Source: Oscarella lobularis (Eukaryota). From it: a stretch of DNA of 64,000 nt. The position numbers and the translations under genes are program-made. The number at the start of each line of letters is the position of its first letter. The first letter of the stretch is position 1. The DNA lies in NCBI RefSeq assembly GCF_947507565.1, contig NC_089179.1, forward strand, positions 990,681-1,054,680, given 5' to 3'. Of the stretch, positions 1 through 12,919 are shown piece after piece. The notes beneath the pieces are model-generated. The model made no database searches and was not told where the DNA came from. It worked only from the letters and a program-made list of their open reading frames with translations.

Positions 1-600
1 GGACGTAGCCTGGTAAAAAGAAAAATTCGCGCTAAACTAATTAGTTTTTTATGAATTGACCTTGAACAAATCCAAGGACGGGTCGAAAGCTTTCTTTATA
101 GTTTCCTCTAAAAATTCTTTAAATACGCCTTCCTGGTCAATTCCGGCTTCGTCTAGACCCTTTGATAATTCGGGAAGATAATGGAAAGTCCGATATTTTT
201 CTGCGCTCAACTTACGTGCGGATTAATGAACTTGACCCGTATGGTTCCCTTGAGACGTTCGGGCAAAAGTTGGCACAATTGTTCGTAAGCATCCTATCAA
301 ACAATTTGATTTTTTTTCGGCGGGAAGCGCCTTTTTCTGCAAACCTCCAAAAAACGAGCTCGGCGTATCCGAACGTACGTCGACGTGGGAGCCGAAGAAC
401 GAGTCTCTACCAGACCCAAAGCACACTTGTCGCCTTCGATTAGATCTCTCAGCATGTTGACTCTCTGTCGTCAGAACATTTTCATTGGGCGGCTGGAGAA
501 AATCCGTTAGACTTGCCATCATTCGAGGTATGACGTGGGGTATTTTTTCCGTGATCATCTTTGCTCGCGGTTTTCCGGATTTCAGCTCGGACACTATCGC
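1..600 (-). CDS. Partial HECT-domain E3 ubiquitin ligase exon(s); the gene continues off the left edge of the window.
   Basis: Minus-strand translation gives ...[33 protein letters not shown], which matches the HECT N-lobe motif (EGIDxGGVxKEFF...IFNPxxGLF). It is followed by AAG|GTCAAT, a plausible splice donor. Confidence 0.35.
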
Positions 601-3148
601 ACTAGGCTTGGGATCTCTGAAGTATAAAAGAAGCTAGTCGATGTGCTAAAAATTTCAAACTACTTCGCAAACGAACCTGATCGTCCAAACGTCCTGACTT
701 GAAAACGAACGACGACTGCTCTTTTCATAGAGCACCTTTAGAAGAGTGTGCACTGCCTCCAAGACTCTCAATTCAAGACACTCTCCAGTGGAGTCTAATT
801 AGATGGACATCATTTCAAAATATACTGTATAGCAGCAAACGTCTACCCAATAGCCGCGGAACGTCCCAAATGAGGCGAAAGACGAGCTGGTTAAGAAAAC
901 CCGACAACGACGCCAGGTCTTTCAAAGTGAATGGTTTCTCGTACTCGTATATTTCAACGTCATCGAGAATGCTAAAATGGAACGCAATGACTTCAGCAAT
1001 CTGAATCCCAAGCACGACTGACGTACGCCACGAGCTGATAGCAGCAGTGACAGAAGAGCACGAGAAGCAGAGAAAGAGATTCGTGCATGGGATTGTTCAA
1101 CTTCACAACGGCGTCGATAATCGATGCCGTTCCTCGACCCAAGAACTGAAGCGAATGCCACAGCTGCTGGAGAAGTTTTTCGTGAAAGCTGAGAGCTATT
1201 TAGCACTTACAATACAAAACTGCCACCTCGGATACTTATTTTTACCTGATAACAGGTCCGTTTTACATTCGAAAAGAGCTGACATCGCCAACTCGTATAA
1301 ACGACAGACGGCGTGCAGACGTTTCCACTCGCTCGAATTGAGCCGAAACGCCGAATCCGCTGATGACGATGACAAGGACGAGAATTTGAATACAACGTTG
1401 AGACGACGCTTCAAAAACGACACTAATAAAATAAGAAAATGTAAAAAAGGAGACGACCTTCGTGCCAGTGTACCAAAGCCTTTGGTGCCATCAGGCGGTT
1501 TACCACCAGATGATGCCTGTTCGGGCGTTGGCGATCGATCTATTATGACCGAGAACAAGGAACCGATTACAGATGAACGTCCCAGCATGTGAAGCTGTTT
1601 TGATACGGCGCCCATGCGTTTTATGTATCTGATGTAAGAGTAAGGGTATATATACTATTATTGTTTTTGGATCAGCTGGCTGGGCGACTACCTGTCGTCT
1701 TGCTTGTCTCTTACTAATCCCACTATTGGATGCCAGTGGGAAAGGCTAGATTCTTTTTTGGCTAGAAACAGTTTGACTCGATTGAGGCAATTAGATAAAC
1801 AGTCCTACAGAGAAACTAGTCAAGAGAATTAATGAGAAAAACGACGTACAGCGAAAAAGATCTGATTGTCCAGAAGTCGATTTTCTGAACATAAAACAGC
1901 CAATTCGATCAGATTACCTATTAGACTATCAGAGCAAAACGTAGAATACAGAAAAGGCAGATACCTGCTACACTGAGAGTCCAATTAACATCTGTATCAC
2001 CAGCCATAATGCTACATTTCACAATAATTTTCTCAAGGCCTTTCAAAAATTCGGACGACAGAGTCAGCGTTGTGAAGTGCTAAACACTTTAATTAAAATT
2101 CCGAGCAAAAATCAAAGGTCGCGTAAACAAAGCTTACCTTTTTATCTATGCTCGACAAAAGACCAGGCAAAGAGAAGATGTATTGAATAAATAAGACCAC
2201 CATTTCTTCGCTGGAAAGAACTGCTACCGGTCTACGGAACAACCAGCTGCAAAGGACTACCGAACACTGTATCTCGCACCTCCATGCCAGCGTAAAGAAG
2301 TCGTTGTATGAAATCAGGCGTTTGGTCAGCATTTGAGAGAAATAAACTTCCTAAGAAACCAATTATTTTTAGAGAGTCGGCGTTTCGACGCAAATCTTGC
2401 CTGTAGCATCTGATACAATCCATTCTGAACAGCATATTGCAAGAAGGAGGCGCACAGCTGACTGACAATGGGACGAACTGCACTGCCTCCCTTTGCGGTC
2501 AACATTCTCCAGCAAGAGCAGTCCGTAAATTCAGTCAGCTAAATGAAACAAAATATGTAATGCTGTGCCACGGCACCGGATAGGTTTCTACTTTACCACG
2601 CGAAAAAGAGCAAATGGCTTGGACGCGTTTCCTTTGCGTAGAAGCTTCATGCACAGAACGAGTATCGTTTGCATGTGATATATCCACGCTTTGAGATGCT
2701 GTTTCGAGAGGGCCAGCGAAGCGTACCAGACCTAGAGAGAAGTCGTTCTCGGATGGAATGAAAACTGGTGACGTACTTTCGCTGAAGATGCGCTCATCGA
2801 CTTCAAAATGTATTGGCAAAGAGAGACAAACCTCTGGAAGCACAAAAGATGTATGCTTGACAGGACTGAAGACAAGTAGTGTACCTCTGCATCAGCATGA
2901 CGGTACACTAAGAGGAGCCTTCTATTCGCCAGAAAACACTGAACAGCTGAGGCGAGAAATTAGCTAGTATGGTTTTCCGTTGTCAAAAAGAGCCTCAAAT
3001 TACCTGGAATCGTTAGGGGAGTCTCGTTGGACGAGCTCTTCCCGACTATTTCGTCAAATTCTCTCCTAAATAAAAAGGAACGGCACAGTTGAAAACGTCG
3101 AATAGCGGACACTTTGGCACTCTCAGGGACACCAAAGAGTAAAGCGGT

Positions 3149-3475
3149 CTACCTTGCACTTTGAATGATCCTTCTTCTTTGCAGGAAACCTCTCACGCGC
3201 GCCTGCAGTCGAGAAACAGACGAACCGTTCTGTACCAGTTCTATTTCTTTCTTTAGGCGTCTTGCCTGGATCTTGACGATCGCGACCTCTTTTCGTTTCG
3301 CCGCCTGGCGATTCTCCCGGGCGCTTCTTGCCTCCTGGAGAGCCTGAGACCGATTTCCTCCCTTAGAGAACATTGCCAACGCGCGCGCGAGGAAGAACGC
3401 GAGCCGCGAAGCGGGAAATTTGAATGAAGGTGACCATTCGCAAACGGCACCGTGACAGTCAAACAAAAATGTCAT
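3149..3475 (-). CDS. Exon of an IQ-motif protein (IQARRLKKEIELV..., LQARVRGFLQRRR).
   Basis: The ORF contains two IQ-like calmodulin-binding motifs. No further family assignment is possible. Confidence 0.25.
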   Translation of the reverse strand: MTFLFDCHGAVCEWSPSFKFPASRLAFFLARALAMFSKGGNRSQALQEARSARENRQAAKRKEVAIVKIQARRLKKEIELVQNGSSVSRLQARVRGFLQRRRIIQSAR

Positions 3476-6400
3476 TCCTATTTAGGTTATGGAGCTGAAG
3501 CTACACTAGACTACCAATACTTTACTAGGCTACAGTCCTGTCCCCGGAAACGTCCAAAAAGAAGAGCGGTGACTCGGTGCCAGTTGCAGTGTCATCGCCA
3601 TACTCCTCGTTTCGTTCTACTCGGCATTCTTCTTCATTGGCGTCTTCTGTTTCACTGCAAGCAAACTTAGAGAGAGAAAGCATCAACCGATCTATCATTT
3701 TTTCAGTGTAGACTACGTACTTGAATTAGATTTTCAATGTCTTTATCACTAGCTTGATCCAAGACGAAAGACAGAAATGCACATCCCTTTTTGTTTCTAA
3801 ATCTATACACGCAGACAAAGATTCGAAAGCGCCGCACAATACAATATTTTCTACTAACGCCTCTAGGGATTTTGTTGACTTGACGACGTCATCGAGCCCA
3901 CTAGGTGTAACGCAATCAAGGACAGCCTAGTGATTTAGACTACTCTTCAGAGTCACAATCAGGAAAACGCCCTACAGTTCGTATTTTCTGCTGATCCTTG
4001 AATGAAGAATCTTGTCCAGATGCTACGCCCCATTGAAGAAGCAGACGCGCAAAACCTAAAAATCTGAAAGCCATAGAAACGGTCTCAAAACAAAACATCT
4101 ATTTCTAACTTGACAAAAGATGGAAGCAAATGGGCAGCGGGCAACAGATAAAACAAGGGCTTCAGCGTCTTGTAGAGAACTTTAGGTGACTTTGAAGAGG
4201 TCACCTGCAAGGCAACATCAGCAATGTGCTGACGAGATTTGGCTAAATAATTATATGAAGAGCATCGGAATCCAACGGTGTTGACACGCACATAAAGAAA
4301 GGTATATCAAATGCGTCAATTGCTCCGTGTGAATTGTCGTCGCCGTCAAGTCAACCAGCACGGATAAGACGGCGGCGAGAACGTCATAGTAATGAGCACT
4401 CATTGGCTGTAAAACGATCAGAAATCTATATTTAAGATATGGTCTGGCTTGCTTTTACCTGATCAACTGTAGAGACAACAGATTGACTTTGTTGAATAAT
4501 TTTCCATAGGCTGTCATGAATCAATGTCGACCTATTTGACGAATCTTTCATCATCTACACAGCAAACAATTTCCCCCTCAATGTACTGTACTTGTCTTCT
4601 GGCAATGATAGGATATTCTCCAAACCACTGATACAACTATGCTCGTAGAATGAAATATCTAATCTTCTTAGACTAACTCGCTCACTTCAACACTTTCTCC
4701 ATAACGGCTTCAATCGTCTACATTCAAAACACAGGCTTTAGTAAAAATTTGCTCAGAAAAGATGAAACTCACAGAAACGTCGCGAATTCCAATCAAAGCC
4801 TGATTTAACCACGTAATTGCAGCCACTGCTTCTTCACAAGACGTCTTCCAAAAAAATTGGTTACAGACAATACAGTTAATTATAACAATCGGTACCAAAT
4901 CCGAGAACAGCCCGTCCAGCAAACGCCTAACATTTTCTAATGGCAAACACGCAGACATGAGGGTTAACCCTGAGCAGACTGCTTAGTATAACAATAGAGA
5001 AATTTGGAGACCAAATCTACCTAATCTAAGTTGATCATCTCGATTAGATCCAGCTATTTTCTTCAACGTTAAATCAAATCCATTTTCAGAAGTTAATAGA
5101 ACTACCAATGGTAATTCACTCGTGTCCACAACATCTGATTCTGTCTCCTACGTAATAAAAAAAACCATGCATTTACTAATCGACTCAAATTCAGGAACAT
5201 GCCAGAATTTTAGCCTTCTTTGACGAAGATTTGCTACGCGATGCTCTAGTAGACAGAGACCTACATTATATTGTCAATAATAGGATAGGAACCTCGCGGA
5301 CACATTGCTCACTCTTTCAGCTTATCGAAATAGAGCGCTGAGTGCTCTAGGAGTGTTTCTCTGAGTCGGTTTGAAGGCAAAGCGCCAATGGCATCGACGA
5401 AACGCTGCCTCAACTCGCCGTCAGACTCGGAGACGTCGGCCCAAGCTACAGAGAGACGATTTTCAGACGTATTCCAGCAAGTGGGCGCAGACTTACCATC
5501 GCGAAGCTGATTGGCAAGGAGCCGAACGAATCGATGGCACTCTTTTGCTTCCATCGCAGAGGGACGCCCGTATGAATTGTATTGGCCGCAATAAACAGGT
5601 GACACTATCCAATTATAATCTCGTAGAATTCCGGCGGCAAAAATCTCAAATGATCATCTTATCATCATTACAGAAAACGTGACTGTATATTAACTATGCA
5701 GCCCGGCTTATCTTCTCGTCATACGCTTCTTTTTCGAAGGATTTCTAAAGCGATTTATAAATTAGGCGTGCAGGTTACTTCATATGTCACTTACCCAAAG
5801 AGATTTTCCTCAGGCTCGGCGTCACTCTCTTCAGAACTTGACTGCAGAGCAGCCTATACATATAAGATAGCCCCTCCGATAAATAATACGACACAGACAA
5901 CTTTCTATCTTACACTATCACGAACGGAAGACGCTTTGTCTGGAACATAAACGTATGCTTTCAAGCTGAGTGACTGAGACGCCGTCTGCCTACGGTCAAG
6001 CGCCCTGGAAGACTATGACACAGACACTCCAGTAGATCGGCTCAACTAACAAGGTGTATTAGTACTACTGTACTACCTTTGAAAAAATCTTGACATTATT
6101 TGGAGCACTTTTTGCCGGAGAGGCACCAGCATGGGGAGAGAGCCTTTCTTGAACGACGAGTTTTACAAAGTTCCACTTCATGTGACACGACGGCGCTGGC
6201 AAACTGTCATCGGACGCAACAATTGCCGAAGACTCGTCTTTAACACTTTTGTTAGCAGACTCGGATTCCTACAGTATTTATTTCCTTTGTTCAATCGGCA
6301 AGGCAGAGAAGAAGCGCTCGTATACCGTACGTACCTTCGAAGGTTTGACGGCACCGTCTTTTGATTCCACAAAACGAGACTCTTCGAAGGCACAGGCAAC

Positions 6401-8421
6401 CGATAAGAATAATTTCAAATGCTAAAAATCAACCACCTGGGGCAGGAAGCGGTACTTCATGTCCGCCGCTTTTGCTTTCTTTCTCTGGGACGCGATGACT
6501 TGCACGGCGCTCATTGCGATCCTCCCTACAATAAATAAAATAGTCCTTAACTAGCAATAGTTCATGCTTTAGTACCTTTCAATTCCGCCGTCATCCTAAA
6601 CAAAGACATCAATTTAGTACTCCTATATCGTTGGTGTGCTCTCTGCATGCATACCGTTGCAGGTGTAGGCGTCGTCGTGGCGACTGGTGGCGACGCAACA
6701 GCGGCAACAGCATCATCTTTGACCGCGGGTTCAGTCAGATCTGCACGGCGGCGTTCCAATGGACAGTAGATACACCTGCCTAACGCTCACATGAATGCTT
6801 TATCAAATCTTCAACTGATACGTGCAGGACTGCAAGGCCAATTTCCGATTGACTCACAGGGCATCGACCGCGTCTACGACAATTCCTCTTCAATAACAGA
6901 CACTCGATCGTAAGCATACGTTTACCGAGCCAAATAGTCTTTCACGGTATGAATCCATCCTTTGTCCTTAGCGGCGTTGATTTTTGTCTCTTCCGGCTCG
7001 ACAACGAACGAATTCGGCTGTATCAGTTCATCCATGTTCTTCAAGTCCTCGGACGTGCACGCAAATTTGCAAGCACCCGATGCTCCGCGCACGACCCATT
7101 CAAATTTCCTCGCCTGCACAAGAGACGATGCAAGGAAACTTCGCAAAAGAATACAAAAGGTAACAGCTGTACCATGGAACTGTCAACTAAAAATATCAAC
7201 GTCAAATTTTTAAACATCGTCTTTCGCCTGTCATCGGGAGCAAACGAAATTTCATCAGAACGAAGTGATTCTTCAACCACCTCTGGCAAGAAACTGTCAG
7301 GAAAGGCTCGGAAGCTAAGAGAAACGCTAAATTCTAATATCTGATATCTACCGGTTTGGATCCGGAAGTGTGTCTCCGTGAGCGGCGACGACTTCGCAAG
7401 CCTCTTGGAGCCACTTTGGATGTACCACGTACTGACAGCTGATCAGAGCCTGAACAACCTAAAAATCATCAACTTTGCGTTGCTTGTTTAGACGTTGCTT
7501 TTAAAAGCGAATGACCTTGATGGTCACTGTGATGCTTTTCATCACTAAATGAGTGCAGTCTGCTTTCCATTCCTTTCGGAATACTCCACCTATAAATGAG
7601 TCAGTTGCACTCTCAAACGGTTATTCAATCGCCTGCATTTGAGTCTAACCTATTTTAGCTGCAACTGCTTTCAAGCTGGAATTTTCCATTCCTGAGCAGA
7701 CAAATACAAGAGGTTTGTGTATGATTCTTATGGAGAGCAGAGTATCAATTTATCAATGTACTAGAATTGGGAAAAGATACCGAAATTCACTTGATTGTGC
7801 GCCAAATTTGACGGCATCGCCGTCCTTGAGTTCAGTTTCAGAATTTTTCGTCAACTTCTGTCCATTCACATCAGTCCCGTGACGTGAGACGTCCGTTATA
7901 AAACAACGACTACTGGACTTCTGTTGCGATGCAGTGACTGAATTCTATGAAAAAATGATTTCGTTTGGGTGTCCTTTTTGGGTACGAGAACGTACGAATT
8001 TAACGGAAATTTCGGCGTGATTTCGACTCATAGTCTGATCACTCAGGCAAATGTGACAATCTATTCCAAGACAATGTGAAATTCTTCAATATAACACAGC
8101 AACTGAGACCTTTTCGGCCTATCTTGTAGACTTGGCCAGGCAAAAGCCACATGGACTTCACTTTGACTACAGAGTGCGCATATTCGAGCCTAACCAGACG
8201 TCGCAAAGGTCTTACCATCGCCCGTAGGCTCTATTCTCCACATTCAGGCAGCCGGACTTCACAGCTTCGTACAGCTCTGCAGTTGTTGATTTTCGACGAA
8301 GTGCCCGTACAATACCAGAAATTTTTCCCTATCGCTCATAGAGTCGCTGCAGCATAATGACCCTAAAACTGGCCGCAAGATCTGGTAAGCCTTTGGTGAA
8401 AATTTCCACGACGTCGACCTC

Positions 8422-10050
8422 TTGTTCCATCTAGCGCTTTGCTTTGCCGGACGCCGTGACCAAATCACGAACGTCTTCCCGACGCGACCAAATTTTGCCG
8501 CGTGCATCAGACTCGCAAGCGGAGTCGCGTCGGCGTCGAACGAAAGCTCGAAGAAGCCCAAAACGGGCATCGTTCTTTTGAACTTGGGCGGACCGGAAGT
8601 GACGGACGACGTGCACGAATTTCTATTGAGACTTTTCAGCGATCGCGATCTCATTCAGCTTCCCTTCAATCAAGCGTAAACTCGTAGATAACGCGATTCG
8701 TCTCGTCGGCATCGTTTCGCGCAGGCTCATGGCCAAGTGGATTGCTAAGCGACGAACTCCCAAGATTCAGGAACAGTATGAGAAAATCGGAGGCGGTTCT
8801 CCCATACGAAAATGGACCGATTTGCAAGGAGAGCAAATGGTTAGATTACTCGATAAGATGTCGCCAGAAACAGGTTGGCTGAGAGAAAATTCCCTAGTGA
8901 CCTGGCCAGAAACTCCTTCTTCGTCTTTAGCTCCTCACAAGCACTACGTTGGATTTCGATATGCCAAGCCGTTAACTGAAGATGCAATAGATCAAATGGA
9001 TAAGTAAGTATACGAGACTTGCATATACCGTATACAGGACACTGGTTACCTATAGGGACGGAATTGAGAGGGCCGTTGCCTTCACTCAGTATCCTCAATA
9101 TTCGTGCTCTACAACGGGAAGCAGTATTAATGCCATATACAGACACGCAACAAAGAATCCGAGCTCCATTCGTTGGAGCATTATCGATCGCTGGCCAACC
9201 CACCCAGGCCTCGTCAAGGCAAGTCCGCTAGCCTATGCATTTTTTTACCTACCGCGTATATTGCATACAGGCGTTCAGCGCTCTTATCAAAAAAGAACTT
9301 GAAAAATTTCCGGAAAACGTGCAAGACGACGTCGTCATATTGTTCTCAGCTCACTCTCTTCCAATGAAGGTACAGGATCGATGTACACTTCAATGTGACT
9401 AACTCCTGTATCAAGGTTGTCGATCGCGGCGATCCGTATCCGCAAGAGGTGAGCGCGACCGTGCAGGCAGTCATGAGCGAGCTCAACTTCTCCCATCCGT
9501 ATCGATTGGTTTGGCAGTCAAAGGTTTACTTACCCAACATAACGAACGTTCTCTTTGATTTCATTATTCCCTAATAGGTTGGCCCGCTGCCGTGGCTCGG
9601 GCCGCAGACGGACGCTGCCATCAAGGGTCTGTGCAAGAACGGACGAAAGAACATGATGGTCGTCCCCATCGCGTTCACGTCCGATCACATTGAAACTCTT
9701 CATGAGCTCGACATTGAATACTGCACGGAACTGGCTCACAAGGTAGACAACGAATTGGGTCTATGCGTCAGCGATGCAATGACTTATTTGCCAGTGTGGA
9801 GTTGAAAATATTCAAAGAGTAGAGGCACTCAATGACCATCCAGAATTTATCAAGGTACAACTCTGCTCTAACGGTTAGACTTATCAATCTTTTTTTTTCC
9901 CCCTTTCCCCAGGCTATGGCTGACCTTGTGACGACTCACCTGAAGACGTCGCAGCCGCATTCGATCCAATTCCCGCTACGCTGTCCGCTGTGCGTCAACG
10001 AAACGTGCGGAAAGGCTAGGGCATTCTTCAAAAACCAATTCGATAAATAG
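8422..10050 (+). CDS. FECH: Ferrochelatase (mitochondrial haem synthase), about 8 exons.
   Basis: Exon translations align to ferrochelatase: [135 protein letters not shown] and the C-terminal [16 protein letters not shown]. Introns are about 50 bp GT..AG. An N-terminal transit-peptide-like sequence is present. Confidence 0.9.
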
Positions 10051-10149
10051 CAGAGCCAGTTTTAGCCGCCACTCAAACAATACGCATATTGAGTGCATCC
10101 TATTTGAGCAGCGCCACCAACGCCGCGTGCAGGTCTCCCGCGTGCTCTC

Positions 10150-10584
10150 TGAGAGAGCGTTCCGCTTGATGCCGAGCCAGTTCGAGTTCATTCATCTAGA
10201 CGAGAACACAGAGATCGACTTCGACATACATAAACATTTGAGTGTTCTCTTACTATAAATTCTACGTCTTCTTTCTTTATGGGGACTTTTGCCAATTGCT
10301 TCTCCCTTCGGTCGAAATTTGAGCTGGGTTTTCGTGACTATCGTTTGCTGCTTACTTTCTTTTTCTTTCCTCGGCTTCTTTGGCTCGTCTTTCGGCCATC
10401 AAAGCGATTTGCTAGAGTCGAGCCTCTTGCCGTAGTTTTCGAGTGGTTTTTTCGTCTTGGATACCTGTTTTATGTCGCCGCCTTGGATTTCCGCGTCTTC
10501 GACGTAGTCCGTGACCTTTTCCAAGTCGGCTGCCGTTCCCTCTTCGTGTTTCTTTGGCTGCGGGTTTGCTGAGGCACTCGCCAT
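10150..10584 (-). CDS. HYPK: HYPK-like (huntingtin-interacting protein K) small gene.
   Basis: MASASANPQPKKHEEGTAADLEKVTDYVEDAEIQGGD matches the HYPK core ADLERVTDYAEEKEIQS. A downstream basic/acidic exon (AERRAKEAEERKRK) sits in another frame. Confidence 0.45.
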
Positions 10585-10791
10585 GCTGCCTCTAGAAAGA
10601 GACGTATTTACAAATACAAACAGAAAGCCTAATTACACGAATTGGAATCGGAAACGGTAGAAAAATCCAAGTGAATTTACTGTGAGAAGTGCGCTAGTAG
10701 AAGCTCCGAGCTCACGTGCATCGATCAATACATCAATGAGATTGAACGCCTTGTGCATGCATAAACAAAAAGCAGCAAAATCATGAGGGCA

Positions 10792-11400
10792 TTAAGAACG
10801 TTTCTTTTCCTCTATTGCTTCTGCACCAAACACTGTAGACGGTATGGCTAATCTTGCCGCAAATAGGATAGGAAATACAACATAGGGAAGGTAGCCCAGA
10901 AGACACAGTGTCACATTCTTTGTTGTGTGCGTTCCAGCGAATTGCTCCGCAAGTATAGGAATCATAACTAAAACCATTCCCCATGCCCAACAAAGTCCTA
11001 GACAAAAAATTAAAATGCTAAGTAAGACTTACTGTAATAACTTATCAAGAGTAGTAGTACCTGGCGCTTTGATCCACTCCCGCTCATTAACAAAGGCATA
11101 GATTGCCAAAACGTAAAATGGCGCATACAGTAACGGGCTGGCTAGTGCCAATGTTTTGTACCTGTCAAAGTAATTTTTAATTTAGAAAAAGACAACTCAT
11201 ATTGTGTAGGAGCTCGCCAAAGTGGATTTGCTGCTAGCAAAGTATCAACTTCTTGACACCACCATAGATAAAGACGTCGAACTGCATCGGGAGGCCAGAT
11301 GCGATTTTCCAGAGCATCAGCAGTTAGGTTTTCTGTGAGGGTTGCTTGCAACAGGTCTGCACACAAAATACGACACTGGGCGTAACTCGCTAATCTCTCA
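10792..11400 (-). CDS. TMEM97 / sigma-2 receptor (MAC30, EXPERA) family gene, copy A.
   Basis: The C-terminal exon reads ...MIPILAEQFAGTHTTKNVTLCLLGYLPYVVFPILFAARLAIPS, which matches the TMEM97 C-terminus (LIPILSTFLFEDF...VSVYAPYLLIPFILLIFMLRSP). Upstream exons carry YAPFYVLAIYAF-type transmembrane segments. Confidence 0.5.
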
Positions 11401-11737
11401 GCAGCGTGCATAGATATAAGGGAAGGTTCACAGCGGCTGGATGTTGTTGTGTACCTATAAAAATTGCAATCACAAGAAAAGAAGCAAACGTGAGCACAAT
11501 AAGGCAGTCCAAAGGACGAGAAGTTATCGCCATCCTGCAACTTTGATCTCTAGCGCGCGCAAGCCCAGATGCTCTTTACGCACTAATACGCAGGCTTTAC
11601 GCGGTGTCTACAGTAGTGAATACATGTATGCCGACATACTCACTAGGCGCAGTAAATAAGTTATAATAAAGAGTACAAACGTCTCTTCTACAGCAGCATT
11701 TTTGAAAACAGTAGTAGTAATTACACCTCTCTACCCA

Positions 11738-12400
11738 CTATGAACGTTTTTTCACGAGTGAAGAGTCTGGACTAAAAACCGTGGATGGTATGGCCAACCT
11801 TGCCGCAAAGAGTAGTGGAAAAACAACGTAAGGAAGATAGGCAACAAGAAACAGCCCCACATGCTTTGTTGCATGTTCTCCAGCCAATTGCTCCGCAAAT
11901 GTAGGAAACATTACCAAAATCAAGCCCCATGACCAGCAAAGGCCTATACAAACGAAAGGTGTACTGTAATCATGAAAAAAAATCAAGTGCCACTATGGCA
12001 GTCACTGGGACATGGAGGATGTGGCCAAAAATATATCCGCTTACCAGGAATCTTAATCCATTCCCGTTCGTTGATAAAGGCGTAGATTGCCAAGACGTAA
12101 AATGGCGCATACAGAAAGGGACTTGTTAGTGCCAGTGCTCTGTACCTGCAACAAAATCTGACATCTGCCTTCTGCCAATGGCTTTCTTTTGTGCTTTACC
12201 AAAGAGGATTCGCTTCGACTAAGGTGTCAACCTCTGTACACCACCAGAGAAAAGACCGTCGAATCCATTCAGGAGGCCATGTACGATCTGATACAGCGTC
12301 AGCTGTAATATCTTCGGTGAGACTTGCCTGCAGTATGTCTGAACAGCGTCAGATCGGATCACTGAAGAAGGTGAGATAATATGACCATACCAATGGTAAC
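11738..12400 (-). CDS. TMEM97 / sigma-2 receptor family gene, copy B (tandem paralog of copy A).
   Basis: The exon MFPTFAEQLAGEHATKHVGLFLVAYLPYVVFPLLFAARLAIPSTVF is paralogous to copy A. Both copies are on the same strand, about 950 bp apart. Confidence 0.5.
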
Positions 12401-12919
12401 TGCAATGACAAAGAAACAGCCGAATGAGGCAACAATGAGCAGATCAAGAGGACGGGCGGTAATAACCACCATCTTTGCGAACAGTACGGGTACTGTCGAA
12501 GTTCACAACCACATCCTGTGTCGTTGACGTCATACAGGGAACTACATCCTTTTTGTCACCAGGTAACCAAGGCATGACGATATCGTGACAACAGCCTTAA
12601 AATCATGCAATCATCAAATGATAAAAGGCATCTTGTCCCGCCTCAGCTGACTGCCAAAGCAGAGGCGGTAGTTGACGCTCTCCATTGAAAAGGAATTAAG
12701 CCAGCGAACGTTTGACGCATTATGACGCGTTAGATCTTCCCCAAGATAAAAAATTTAGTGCGATAAAAACCAGTTTCCAGCAGATAGAGCCAGATGGGAA
12801 AGTCCGACGTTGGGGTGATACTGGCATGATGTCTCATCGGTTGACACTTGGGCCCTATATAATACTTGCCTCAAACGAGACAAACTTCAAACCCGCCCGG
12901 AGTCGTACAAAGTCCCGCT

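Noticed and set aside
699-1615. Overlapping ORFs of 100-180 aa on both strands at 0.7-1.6 kb.
   Set aside because: No recognisable domain, mutually overlapping, and mixed composition. This is possibly UTR or an unannotated gene, but it is unsupported.
6922-7440. Possible small thioredoxin-like gene on the minus strand (…SGACKFACTSEDLKNMDEL…VEPEETKINAAKDKGWIHTVKDYLA; upstream exon …VVHPKWLQEACEVVAAHGD…).
   Set aside because: It is probably a real multi-exon gene, but I could not assign a family or confident exon boundaries from sequence alone, so it is not listed as a feature.
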